A stretch of 64,000 nt of DNA from Kudoa neothunni (taxonomy: Eukaryota > Animalia > Cnidaria): positions 1,800,093-1,864,092 of the forward strand of contig OZ199839.1 of the NCBI GenBank assembly GCA_964304625.1, given 5' to 3'. Positions within the stretch are counted from its first letter, which is position 1. Each line of letters opens with the position of its first letter. The notes beneath the pieces are model-generated. The model was not told the origin of the DNA, did not search any database, and worked only from the letters and a program-made list of their open reading frames with translations. The position numbers and the translations under genes are program-made. Positions 40,403 through 52,244 of the stretch are shown here, piece by piece.

Positions 40403-41360
40403 TAGGGTTTTTCGAGCTTTGTCGCCAATTTGTCAAGCAATAAGGTCAGTTTATCAAGCTTTAACGACGCTGTTAAATTATATTACTAAATTAACCATAT
40501 ATAAGTAACTTTCGTTCTATATTCATGCAAAAAATAAGTAATTCCAAATATAAGAATAATTATTTTATATTTTTTTATTCGAGAATTATTTCTCTGTTTA
40601 AGCAGAGAGAGACATAGCGGAACATTTTTCGAAAATACCCCTTGCAGTCCTCTGGTGTAACTGAATTGAATCCGTCGTTAATAAGGTTCATCAAGTCGTC
40701 CTCATTCCTTGTCTGACCTCGTATGACGATATGTTTCCGCCTGCTAAAGGTGTTTTCGATCGAGTTGAGGAATGGGAAGTATGGAGGCAGGTAAAGTATG
40801 TTTAACCCCATCGACTGAATGTAGTCTTTCACACCGTCATAATGGCGTATTCGCGCATTATCTAAAATAAAGTAACGATTTTCAATTTGCATAGAATTTC
40901 ATGTTAATGTGAGTTCATGTAGATAGTTCTTGAAATCTTCTCCGTTAACTGGTTGGTTATTTATCTTGTGGAAGACCATATCGTATTTTTTCATTTAGGC
41001 TATTACGGAGATGTTTCTACTCCTAACGCTGTCAACAGGAACATAAGCCGACGTCCTAATCAATGACCGACCTAGCTTTGTCCTACTGGAAACATTAAAC
41101 CGCACCTCATAGATAAAAATGAAGTTTTTGTCCTCAGTTTCAAGGAGATTAGAATTAAAACTTTGTACGTGCGCTAAATGCTGTTCCAATGTATTAGCAC
41201 ATTTCCTTCTCTCAGGGACCAAAGTAACGGATTTAAATGAGTAATGAAACTCGTTCAAACATCGATTAATTGTGCTGATACTTAATGAGACGTCACATTC
41301 GTCGATCAACTTAAGGCGAACAGCTTTGAGTGTAATACAATAAGAAACCAATTCCACGTA
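40403..41360 (-). mobile_element. IS630/Tc1-like transposon, 5'-truncated, related to 17298-18750
   Basis: TA|TAGGGTTT terminus; 'LDNARIRH','LPPYFPFLNSIENTF','VPERRKC'. Confidence 0.8.
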
Positions 41361-41839
41361 ATCCCCTCAGACCAAAAAAAAAGTGCGTCAGCCCGGTCAC
41401 GTCCAATTTTACGCACTTGCGTGCGCGATTATTTCTGAGCAAATAGCATTTGATAGTGTTTAAATCGCGTTTATAAAGGCTAGTTAACTATATATTAATT
41501 TTTAAACGATAACTAAAACTCGAGATCGTGTTAACAGCACGAAAATATTTTTTTCCAATCTACGAAATACTCTTCTTGTTGTTATCGGTAGAATAAAGCA
41601 GCAGTTTCGTCTACATTGTAAATAAAATTTTCAGAGTATCTTTCAAAAATGTTCTAATTTGATTGGTCTATTATGATGTAGTTTCTGGTGTAGTATCAAC
41701 ATATTAGCTAAAAAAATTTGGTTTTTTAATGTTGAACCTTTTTTTAAAACAACGAAACCCTCGACGAATTGCACACGAAGGTAAGTAAACCTTTTTCTTT
41801 GGCTAATTGATTTCTCTTGATGATTATCGTGACGACGCT

Positions 41840-42250
41840 TACTACAATCTTTCTGCTTCGTGTCCACCCCATCCAATCATACACATCTTCATTAACAGAA
41901 TTAAATTGTCCTGCATGTAAATAATTTCTATTTTTGGAACGACTGCACAGCACAATCTCTGGTTCACAGTGCGAATTCGCGGGCAATTTTTACAGAAGAT
42001 AAACATCATTCTCAGGACCGAACGCATCCACACCATCCCCTAATATTTATCTTCTAATAGACTTGATTTACTCGCGAATCTGACTCATCGAGCTGGCGAA
42101 CATACGCTGAAACCTTGACTTAAACCCGACCCTCTTAAGCATCGTCACTTTGGATATAAACTTTCCCGCCTTCAACCGCTTTGTCAATCACCGCCTTGCG
42201 GCATAGAGGACAAAACTTTAACTTAAGTACATTAAATTCTTTTCTTTAAA
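41840..42250 (-). pseudogene. Highly decayed Tc1/Tc3-like transposase fragment
   Basis: 'MVW(D)AFG' across a frameshift and 'IIYMQDN' resemble Tc1 'MVWG.F' and 'FQQDNA'. Confidence 0.35.
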
Positions 42251-42769
42251 CTTTGATTTGTTTAAAACCAATGTTTAAATTATGTTCTTCAGAACAACTT
42301 ATTGACAAAATTATTTTGCTTTTATACGAAAATAAATATTACAGAAGTTAATTGATCTTTTCAATTTACGCATTGGAAAGTAAAATTAGTCCCCTTTAAT
42401 TAAATCTTATTTACATCAATATTTACTATAATTGTCGATTTACTGCTCTCAATAAATATATCAGAGAACTAAATTCAGTTTTTAATTGGATCAATAAGGA
42501 ATAGACAATTTCTATTTAATGGTGCGCCTGAGATACGTAACCATTTTACTCAAATAATATGTTTATTGTTTTTGTCAAAGGAATGTAATCAAATGATTGA
42601 ACCTGAATTATCGAAAACGTTTGAATAAGATAACAATTATAAATTTTTTAGTGAAATTTGAAAAGTCTAAGCATCCAATTGCAATAAATTTATACACCAA
42701 GCATTTAACGAAAATAATCAAAGGAGAAAAATTCTAATTCGTTTAAGTTGTTTTAATATTTCTAAGAAT

Positions 42770-43790
42770 TCATCCTCCCTCTCAAACAAATATTTCTTCC
42801 TGAAAATATATTCGTCAAAGTAACTAAAATATATTGGATAATTCTTTAAACAAAATTATTTTACCTCTGATAAAGATATTCTCTTGTCCCATTTTTGAGT
42901 AATGAAATCTTTAACTGATGCCAGTAGCACTCAATAGTATTGGTATGAGAGCCATCAGGTGCCACGTAAGTTTCACTATGATTCACTATCCTATGTTCGT
43001 ACCCAAGAGACGGTAATATCTTGTAGACTTTAGCAGCGTCAGTTATGATAGTTGTCCCTAATATATAAGATTTAATATTGAATTATATCCCCACTAACCT
43101 GGCAAAATATATTTTTTGATTAATGGAACCAAAACTTTGATTTCTTTGTCGAACGGGCACAAAAAACATATTGTCGGAATCTCTTTCAATTCCTCCAAAA
43201 ACCCATTGACCCATTACTCCACGGCCTCTGTTATATTTGCGCTTTCCAATTTGCTCTCGTCAATTCCTACAATTTTCCCGTGGCCTAAACTTCATCTTAT
43301 ATACAAAGTATAGTTAGATATTACCGCTAATTGGTTTGGAATCCATAAGCAAAATTTCGGGGCAAATAAAACGAAATTCCTTTTTCCAATCAATAATCGT
43401 ATGATCAGAATATATTTCCAGGTCATTTTTTTATGAAATTATAAGGGCATTTATTCACCCAATAATAAATGAGAAAGAGTATTTTCTGTGTATAAATATA
43501 ATAATGTAACCATAATGACTTACTTTTATCTTCAAATTAGAAAAGGAGAAAATTGAATGGTTTCTTATGGAGATGGCTTTACGGCAGTATTTGTTTATGC
43601 ATCGCCATATACATTTGTCATTCTTAAATGATGCATCTTTTTGTAGGCTTACCTTGCCGATTTTTCATGTGTCACATGCACCTTCAAACTTATTAAGAAA
43701 TCCTTTTTCGAATACAAAATCCATCATTTTCTGTTTATTCGAGCATAATTTCGAAATTCTATTAGTGTTAAACTTCTTAACCATCTCGAA
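42770..43790 (-). pseudogene. Merlin transposase remnant
   Basis: Minus strand, across frameshifts: 'GKIVGIDESK-GKRKYNRGR..GQWVFGGIER', 'GTTIITDAAKVY', 'VNHSETYVAPDGSHTNTIE'. Confidence 0.75.
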
Positions 43791-43877
43791 TTTGTAACCA
43801 CGTGAAAACCGATGTAGCGGATGACGATCAAACCCGTGATCCTCAAGCTAAAAGTGGCGGGGCCTTACCACTTAGAC

Positions 43878-45296
43878 CAGGGTTTCCCTATAGGGGGTGC
43901 ATGAAGCAATCATTGGGGGTGCGGGATTACCCTATGATGAATTAAGAATTTAAGCCTGACTATATGAATGAAAGAAAAATTTGAGTCCAGAAATTCAGTT
44001 TGGAGCTACCGTATTTAATTAAATATCATATAACGGGATATTTTGTTAATGAAATAATCTAATAATAACAGATTTTATATAATGCACTTTCTATTAAAAT
44101 CATTCTATCTTTTAAATAATATAAATTTATAATTCAAAAATCGCTATTTATTTACCAAAAATTTATTAATAATTAATAAAATACTGTCTACTTGTATCTT
44201 GGGAGTATGAAGACGTTAACAGATTTTAACTTAATGCTGTGTATTTAATGAGCGAATTAACATCGCCCACGCGTCATCATGGTTGCTTCCCAAAAGGTTA
44301 GAAAATGGAATGAGGATTATACTCGGTATGGCTTCACAAGAGTTACCATTGTAGGCAAGATATCATGAATAATACCATGTATCACATAAATAAATTGAGA
44401 TTATCCTTTGATGGTTATTATTCTCTCGACCAGTTACAAGATTCTGATATTTGGATTGTTGATCCATTTTCATTTAATGTTAATACTATGAATAATGATG
44501 ATAATGATACTGAGTAATTAATAGATTTTCAAGAAAACTACACAATGAAGTTGAGTTACAATGAAAATCCACTTGAGAAACTTTTGGTGCAATACCCAAT
44601 GCAGTTACTCGTCCCTTGCAAAATGAGCATTGAAAATTCTTATCCCATTTGCAACGACCTGGTTGTGCGAGTCAGGATTTTCACCTTTGTTGTGTGTAAA
44701 AAATAAATATAGAAATTTACTGAATCCAGAAAATGATTTACGCATCGCATTGACAAATGTGGAACCGCGATTTGAATTATTAGTGGAAGAACGCCAAGGG
44801 AGGGAAAGCCGATAAATCAAAATTAAACTCAATAGTTTTTAAATGTGTTATCATTTTTTTGAATCTTGGTCTCTTATATGCTTATTAAAGTGACTGAATT
44901 TGATATCAAACTTATATATATATATCAACTAGATATCTGTCCATACGCGATATTTTATTAATTGTTTTATAAAATAAGTTTTTGTTAATAATGTTATAAA
45001 ATAAATATGCTATAAGTTTTGACTTTCTTTTTAAAATGTATGATTATCATAGGAATGCTTTTTTTAATTTTATTCATAAAGTACTAGTGATTAATCGACT
45101 AAACTCACGAAAATTATTTTAATATATTGCTTTAAAAATTAAAAAATTAAAATGCATTATTTGGAATATAAACTTAGAGTAAAAAAAGGAAACACAAATT
45201 TACCATTAATATTTTTATAAATATTAACATAGTGGTGCGAGAGTAAACTTGATAATCATTTGGGGGTGCGGGGAAAAAAATAAAAGGGAAACGCTG
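43878..45296 (+). mobile_element. Internally deleted hAT/Buster element
   Basis: TIR CAG(G/C)GTTTCCCT at both ends with GGGGTGC subterminal motifs; hATC fragment 'PFATTWLCESGFS...KNKYRNLL'. Flanks ACTTAGAC / CTCTAGGG both have a central TA but do not match. Confidence 0.75.
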
Positions 45297-45442
45297 CTCT
45301 AGGGTATTAATTTGATTTCAATAATATAGTGAGTCTCAAGTATGCAGTCACCGTGTGGCCACAAATGTGTACACGAAATGTTTACTTAAGTTCAACCTCA
45401 GTATTGTTCACTGCTATAATATTTATATCTATTTATTTTAAA

Positions 45443-48400
45443 CTAGCCGTAATACCAGGCTGGGCTCGTGGTGTTGGGAATATCTAATTCAGCAAAAAAA
45501 ATTGAAATAAACATGTTTTAAATTATATTTTTTAATATAATAAAAATTTTATTATGTTAATAGCACAAATATCTGTCGAACATTTACTGCGAGAAATAAA
45601 CAGCCATAAATGAAACATAACAAAATTTTACTTAATAATGTATGTAGTTATTATATTTAAGAAGAAATAGAAAAAACCCAATATAAATAAATTTAAAAAA
45701 AATTAATAATAACAAATGAACTTCATTTCGTTTAAATCTCATCATCATTATTTGATTATTACATGGTTTTAAGAAACGAAGAAAATCCAAAAGAAATCGA
45801 CGTAAACGTGAGGCATTACAACGGACTACAACTATACGGTCGACGCATAAAGGGATATAAAATCCGAAATTGAATTCTCATTTGAATTCTTTGATAGGCC
45901 TGTTTAGTTGAATCGTACCTATAACAATGTGGTAGATTAAATTTTTAACATGAAATCTTATAAACACTCACCAAAGAAATTTCGTCACATGCAAAATTTT
46001 GAAAAATGCCGCCAACAAAATTCAAAATACTTCCACAAGAATATTCAAAGATATAAAAACACAATACAAAGCCATTTTTAAAACTAACGCGTTCATTTAA
46101 TCAGGATTTGTGGTTACTTTAAGATTTAGGGTCAAATTGGCCATGGAATTGGATCGTAGTAGCTTTAAGACGATGGCGAACCGACATTTTACAAAATGCA
46201 TTTCTTGGAAGATTTACATATGCAAGCTTAGAATTGATCAGCAACACGTTTCCAGAATAGGTACGTATTTTTCTAACACCCAAGATATGTTTAACAGGCA
46301 AAATAGCTACATCCACAGTTTTAAGTATGTCTTAGAAACATACCCGTCCTCTGATTTTAATATAATTATAAACACTGACAAGCGTCAACAGGGAGAAAAT
46401 GGGAGAAAATACAACTCCCCAACTTGCAATGAGGTGGACATCGCAATGTCGGATGAGCAGCATTGTAGGAGGGATATTGTTTTGAGGAATAAGGATAACA
46501 GACTATAAAGAACAAGCGAAACACACAGATCGTATGATGCATTGCAATATCCACTAACTAATGTCTATGGTCAAGGTGGTTACCATTTTCGTATTCCACA
46601 GATTGACACAAACAAAAGTGTTTCATGTAAGGATATTTATTCTTTTCATTGTATTGTAAGGGAAAATAGTTTTAATATGCTTCATCAGTTTTGGACATTA
46701 ATTATTCCAACAATATGCTGTAGATATGTTTGCGAAGATGGAATCAGAGACACTGTTTTATTAGAGCCAAACAAAATGAACTTCGTGTTGAATCTTACAT
46801 CAATTTCATTGATAGCGTTCGTAGCGACGGCGAAATAAATGGGGGGGGGGGGGGGGGGGGCGGTTGTATATTTTGCCGTCGACTTTTGTAGGTTCACCTC
46901 GCTATATGAACGTGAAGATGCAGGATGCCATGATCTACGTTCGATGTTTTGGAGGACCAGACCCATTTATAACATTCGCATGTAATCCATTTTGAAGAGA
47001 AATTAATGAAGAGTTATTTCCTGGCCAAGCATTTAAAGACATACCAGACATCGTGGCCAGAGTATTCAACTTGAAAAAGTTTTGATGAATTTAATTCATA
47101 AATTGAAGATTAATGATGAGGTCATTGTTATATATATACAATTGAGTGGCGGAAATGTGGGCCGCCACACGCTCATATATTGGTCTGGATGAAACAGGAA
47201 CTGCGTTCCAATGATATCAACCAATTCATATCGAGCGAATTACCAGACCCAGGTGTAGATCCAGTATTGTTCCAGATTGTAAGAACAACCATGGTCCATG
47301 GTCCCTATGCTGCGTTAAATCTAGAAATCCCGTGCATGAATGATCAGAGAAAATGCACCAAAAACTATTCCAAACAGACTCTGATGGGTATCCTGTTTAC
47401 AGAAGAAGACGACCGGAATATGGGGGTTTTCGGGCGTCAATCCATCTGAACAACAGTGGGGAAGTCGTCATAGATAATAGATGGATTATTCCCTATTGTC
47501 CTTTGTTGAAGAAGGTTGTCAATGCCCATATTAATGTAGAGCATTGCCATTCAGTTAATTCCATTAAATACATATGCAAGTATGTAAACAAAGTTTCTGA
47601 TTCCGCCATGTTTGTTGTTAATCAAAGAGATCGTTTGGATAAAGTTTCAAATTACCAGGCTGGTCGCTACATAACCAGTAGCGAAGGATTTTGGAGATTC
47701 TTCGGATTCAATATTCATAGTCATTTTCCAACCATAGAGCGTTTAAGCGTCCATTTGGAGAACGGTCAACGGATTTATTTCACCGACGAAACTTTGTTGA
47801 ATCGGTTACAAAATCCAAGGGGCACGACATTAAACGCTTTTTTCAAGCTTTGCCGGAATGACGAATTCGCTCAAAGTCTTCTCTACCATCAGGTCCCATA
47901 TTATTACAGATAGAACGATAATAGTTGGCGTCGGAGAAAAAGAGGGTGCCCAGTTGAAGGCCATCTAGGCATAAGATTCGACTCTACAATAGGAAGAGTT
48001 TACAGTGTGAATCCTGCACATCGAGAATGTTTTATTTGAGAATGTTGCTCCATTGTGTAAGGGGACCTAAAAGTTTTGACGATATTAAGAAGGTTGACAG
48101 TCAGATATACCTAACATACCTGAAGCGTGCATTAAAAGTGGTTTGGTAGAGGGTGGCAACCACTGGGAATGTACATTAAGGGAGGCTGCTCTTACAGACA
48201 GTCCACGTCAATTACGAAGATTATTCGCACTGTTGATCAGAAATTGCGAAATGCGTCAGCCTCACAAACTGTGGTTACTTTTTAGGGAAGATATGTCGGA
48301 AGATTACCGGTATCAACTGCAATAAACCAGTTTAATGTCAAACGTGGTTTTCAATTCTAACATTTATAACATGCCCCTACTTGACATAGAGGACACTTTA

Positions 48401-51313
48401 ATTCAAATGGGTGGAAGAATGTTAAATTCATACGGATATCCTCCTTTGGACAAAATTTGGCGCCTTTCTTCCAAATGAAGTCCAGAGATAATTTGCCTAC
48501 AACATTGAAGAATTAACCGAGTTTGTAGAAATAAACAAGCCGAAACTGACGCCTGACCAAAGAATTGCATTCGGAACAGTGTTGGGAAGCATTTTTAACA
48601 ATATAGGTAATTGTAACGTTTTTTTTCTTGATGCACCGGGTGGTACAGTTAAGACATTTGTGACAAATCTTTTATTGGCCGAATTAAGAAAAGGTTCTAA
48701 AATTGTACTCGCTGTTGCATCCTAGGACATTGTAGCCACATTATTACCAAGGGGTTGGACCGCCCATAGTACATTTAAGTTGCCAATTGCCATTTAAGGT
48801 GATGGAACCGACGTATATGCAATCAGCAAAGGACAGGTTTGTCCCGATTGTTGACCAGATGCACGACCATCATATGGGATGAGTACACAATGACAAACAT
48901 AGTGGTTTTTGAAGCTGTAGATAGAACGATAAAGGATTTAACAGACAAAAACATTCCATTTGGTCGAATCGCAATGGTTTTGATAGGCGATTTTCGTCAA
49001 ACTCTACCCGTAATGCCCAGATATGCAAGATATGACCAAATTCAATATTTTCTAAAGTTCTCTTCCTTATGGGCGAATGTTAAAACCTTCCATCTTACCA
49101 CCATGAGAGTGTAACTCAGCAACGATGAAGGAACCAATCAATTCGCTTCAGAAATACTATGGATAGGTGATAATCAACTTACCATTAGGCCCCATAAATA
49201 TATTCCTCTATGTTCCGTGGCAAATTTGGTTTCTTTCATGGATGAATTGATAGACCATGTTTTTCCAGAAATACAAAAAAACTTTTACGACTCAAATTGG
49301 CTGTCAGAACGAATTATCTTAATCCCCACAAACCAATCCGTAAACAAAATCAATGATATATTGATCCATCTTATTCCAGGTGACTCTACAGAGTATGAAT
49401 CATATGGCACCGTTGTGGACAAAAATCAATGTGTCAATTTCCCTGTTGAATCCCTCAACAGTCTAGATTTTAGAGCTATCGAGGGTTCTTTCGCACAAGA
49501 TTCTCCTAAAGGTAGGCACTCCAATTATACTGCTAAGAAATTTGGATTCACCAAGGTTGTGTAACGGCACTCGATTGATGGTAAAATCGTTAATGTCTTA
49601 TCTTATTGAGGCCACTATTGTTACAGGTTGTGCCAGAGGGGAAGGTGTAAATATTCTGATAATTCCGATTATTCCTTCAGACACTATCTTTAATTTTAGA
49701 AGACTGTTATTTCTCACCAAACCATGCTTTGCGATGCCTATAAATAAGGCCCACGGGCAAACTTTTAAAGTTGCTAGTATAAATTTGGAGGAACCGTGTT
49801 TTTCTCATGGGCAGTTGTATGTCGTCCTCTCCAGGGTAGTTCCAAACACAATTTATACGCTTTTTCTCCAAATGGTCTGACCAAAAATATAGTTTATAAG
49901 GAGTTACTACAGTAACTGACTATGCTATTATTTTCTTATCTTTATGGATCTTACCCGTCAATTTAAGTTCAGTGTTTATATAAATTTCATTCAAATTTAT
50001 TTATATGAAACAATGTCTCTTTGATTCTATTTTTGGGAATATCTCTATAATGTTATGTGGAACATTATTCCAATTCTTTGCAGCATGTTCAAACATTATT
50101 CCATTACCATTAGGCGATAAGAGTAGAAACTTTACATGAAACACTTTTGTTTGTCAATTTTTGGATTGCGAAACTGATAAAAATATTCATCCCCGACATT
50201 TATTTTTGGATGTTGCAGTAGGTTATGCGATTTATGTGCTTCGATTACTGTTTGAGGTGTGTTGTGTTTATTTTACAAATAATGTCTAATACTTCATGCT
50301 GCTGATCTAACTTTATGGGGGACAATTGATCGTAACTTGGAGTGTTAAATCAACCTCTATTTTCTTCTTAAGAATGTCGTCAGTATCTTTTATTGTAATA
50401 GGATCAGAAGTTGGGTGGATTTCCAAAACAAACATAAAATGGTAGGTATAGTTTTTTGGCTGTTAAGCATATCTTGGGTGTTAGAAAAATACGTACCTGT
50501 TCTGGAAACGTGTTGCTGATCAATTCTAAGCTTGCATATGTAAATCTTCCAAGAAATGCATTTTGTAAAATGTCGGTTCGCCATCGTCTTAAAGCTACTA
50601 CGATCCAATTCCATGGCCAATTTGACCCTAAATCTTAAAGTAACCACAAATCCTGATTAAATGAACGCGTTAGTTTTAAAAATGGCTTTGTATTGTGTTT
50701 TTATATCTTTGAATATTCTTGTGGAAGTATTTTGAATTTTGTTGGCGGCATTTTTCAAAATTTTGCATGTGACGAAATTTCTTTGGTGAGTGTTTATAAG
50801 ATTTCATGTTAAAAATTTAATCTACCACATTGTTATAGGTACGATTCAACTAAACAGGCCTATCAAAGAATTCAAATGAGAATTCAATTTCGGATTTTAT
50901 ATCCCTTTATGCGTCGACCGTATAGTTGTAGTCCGTTGTAATGCCTCACGTTTACGTCGATTTCTTTTGGATTTTCTTCGTTTCTTAAAACCATGTAATA
51001 ATCAAATAATGATGATGAGATTTAAACGAAATGAAGTTCATTTGTTATTATTAATTTTTTTTAAATTTATTTATATTGGGTTTTTTCTATTTCTTCTTAA
51101 ATATAATAACTACATACATTATTAAGTAAAATTTTGTTATGTTTCATTTATGGCTGTTTATTTCTCGCAGTAAATGTTCGACAGATATTTGTGCTATTAA
51201 CATAATAAAATTTTTATTATATTAAAAAATATAATTTAAAACATGTTTATTTCAATTTTTTTGCTGAATTAGATATTCCCAACACCACGAGCCCAGCCTG
51301 GTATTACTCCTAG
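45443..51313 (+). mobile_element. Helitron with decayed RepHel (~45900-49915) and long terminal inverted arms
   Basis: 'ETHRSYDALQYPL', HUH 'IEWRKCGPPHAHIL', 'KYICKYVNK', Pif1 'DAPGGTVKT','IWDEYTM','GDFRQTLPV','LCNGTRL','FSHGQLYV', end 'KNIVYKELLQ*'; bounded by A|CTAG ... CTAG|T. Confidence 0.88.
45449..51307. repeat. Inverted repeat: near-identical arms 45449-~46296 / ~50461-51307, continuing inward as diverged arms ~46300-46790 / ~49980-50460
   Basis: ORFs 46110(+) and 50647(-) share their first ~60 aa. One 1-nt homopolymer indel seen in the outer arm. Inner arms still align by eye, e.g. ACAAACAAAAGTGTTTCATGTAA in both. Confidence 0.92.
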
Positions 51314-52244
51314 TACATTAATAAAGATAAAAAGTCGCTCTTTTGTTTAATCCAACTTGGTTAGCTGGTTAAGCTTTTCTTGTAGCTATAACTCAGCATT
51401 AAAATGATTTAAAATTAAAATCACAACGAAAAAAGTCAGCCGATGTGTCATCTCGAAAACCATATCTCGTCATTTAGGAAAAAACTAAAACTTTTTAGGA
51501 ACCGAGTAGTGTTGCGAAACTCTGTACATCATCTCGAATTTTAGTGTCATAGTGAAGAATAAAGACACAAACACTTACAATTTTATCGACAAAAATGACA
51601 CTTTTATTCACTGTTTTAACTCATTTTTCAGAGACATTGATTAGCCAAGTCATGATTGTTAATAAAACTTTTTGCTCATACATCCACCGTTACAGTAGCG
51701 GGTTTGCCAACAGACAAGCTCGAACGTATCGATTTCCAATCATCTGAAGAAATGCGTGTCAATAACCGTGAAAATGGATTTCTGGATTTTTACAAATCAT
51801 TAGCTAACACGTTTCAAAGTGGTTAGGAAAATACACTTCTTCCATAAGGACGTTTAGCTGCACGTATCGTTGTGAACAAGCATCTTACGGAGGAAACTTA
51901 ACAATATTGATATACATAGTCAACTAACACAGATGACAATTAGAAGCAATTTTGCGGTCGTTGACTTCAAATGATGATCACGACATTGCTAAACTTGGCC
52001 ATGAATTGCAATAGCACCCATCGCATTAATGCATTAATTTTCAGAATTTTTACTCAATTTGAAACATTTACTAAATTTATTATATTATGAATTATTTTTC
52101 AGGTTTTCTTTGGCGTTTCTGAAGTCGAGTATCTATCCAAAATGTGATCTATAACCTGAGCTTTAACTTATCTGGCCAGTAACAATTTCCGGAGATATAA
52201 ATTTGGCCGTCGGGGAAAAAAGTTTGTGTGCCATTGATTTAAAA

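Noticed and set aside
41361-41840. piggyBac remnant (CCCCTCAGACC end, 'DGVD' peptide)
   Set aside because: No TTAA flank, no partner TIR, and too little protein similarity.
51320-52240. Possible host exons or hATC remnant
   Set aside because: Only short, ambiguous peptide hints with no consistent frame or termini.
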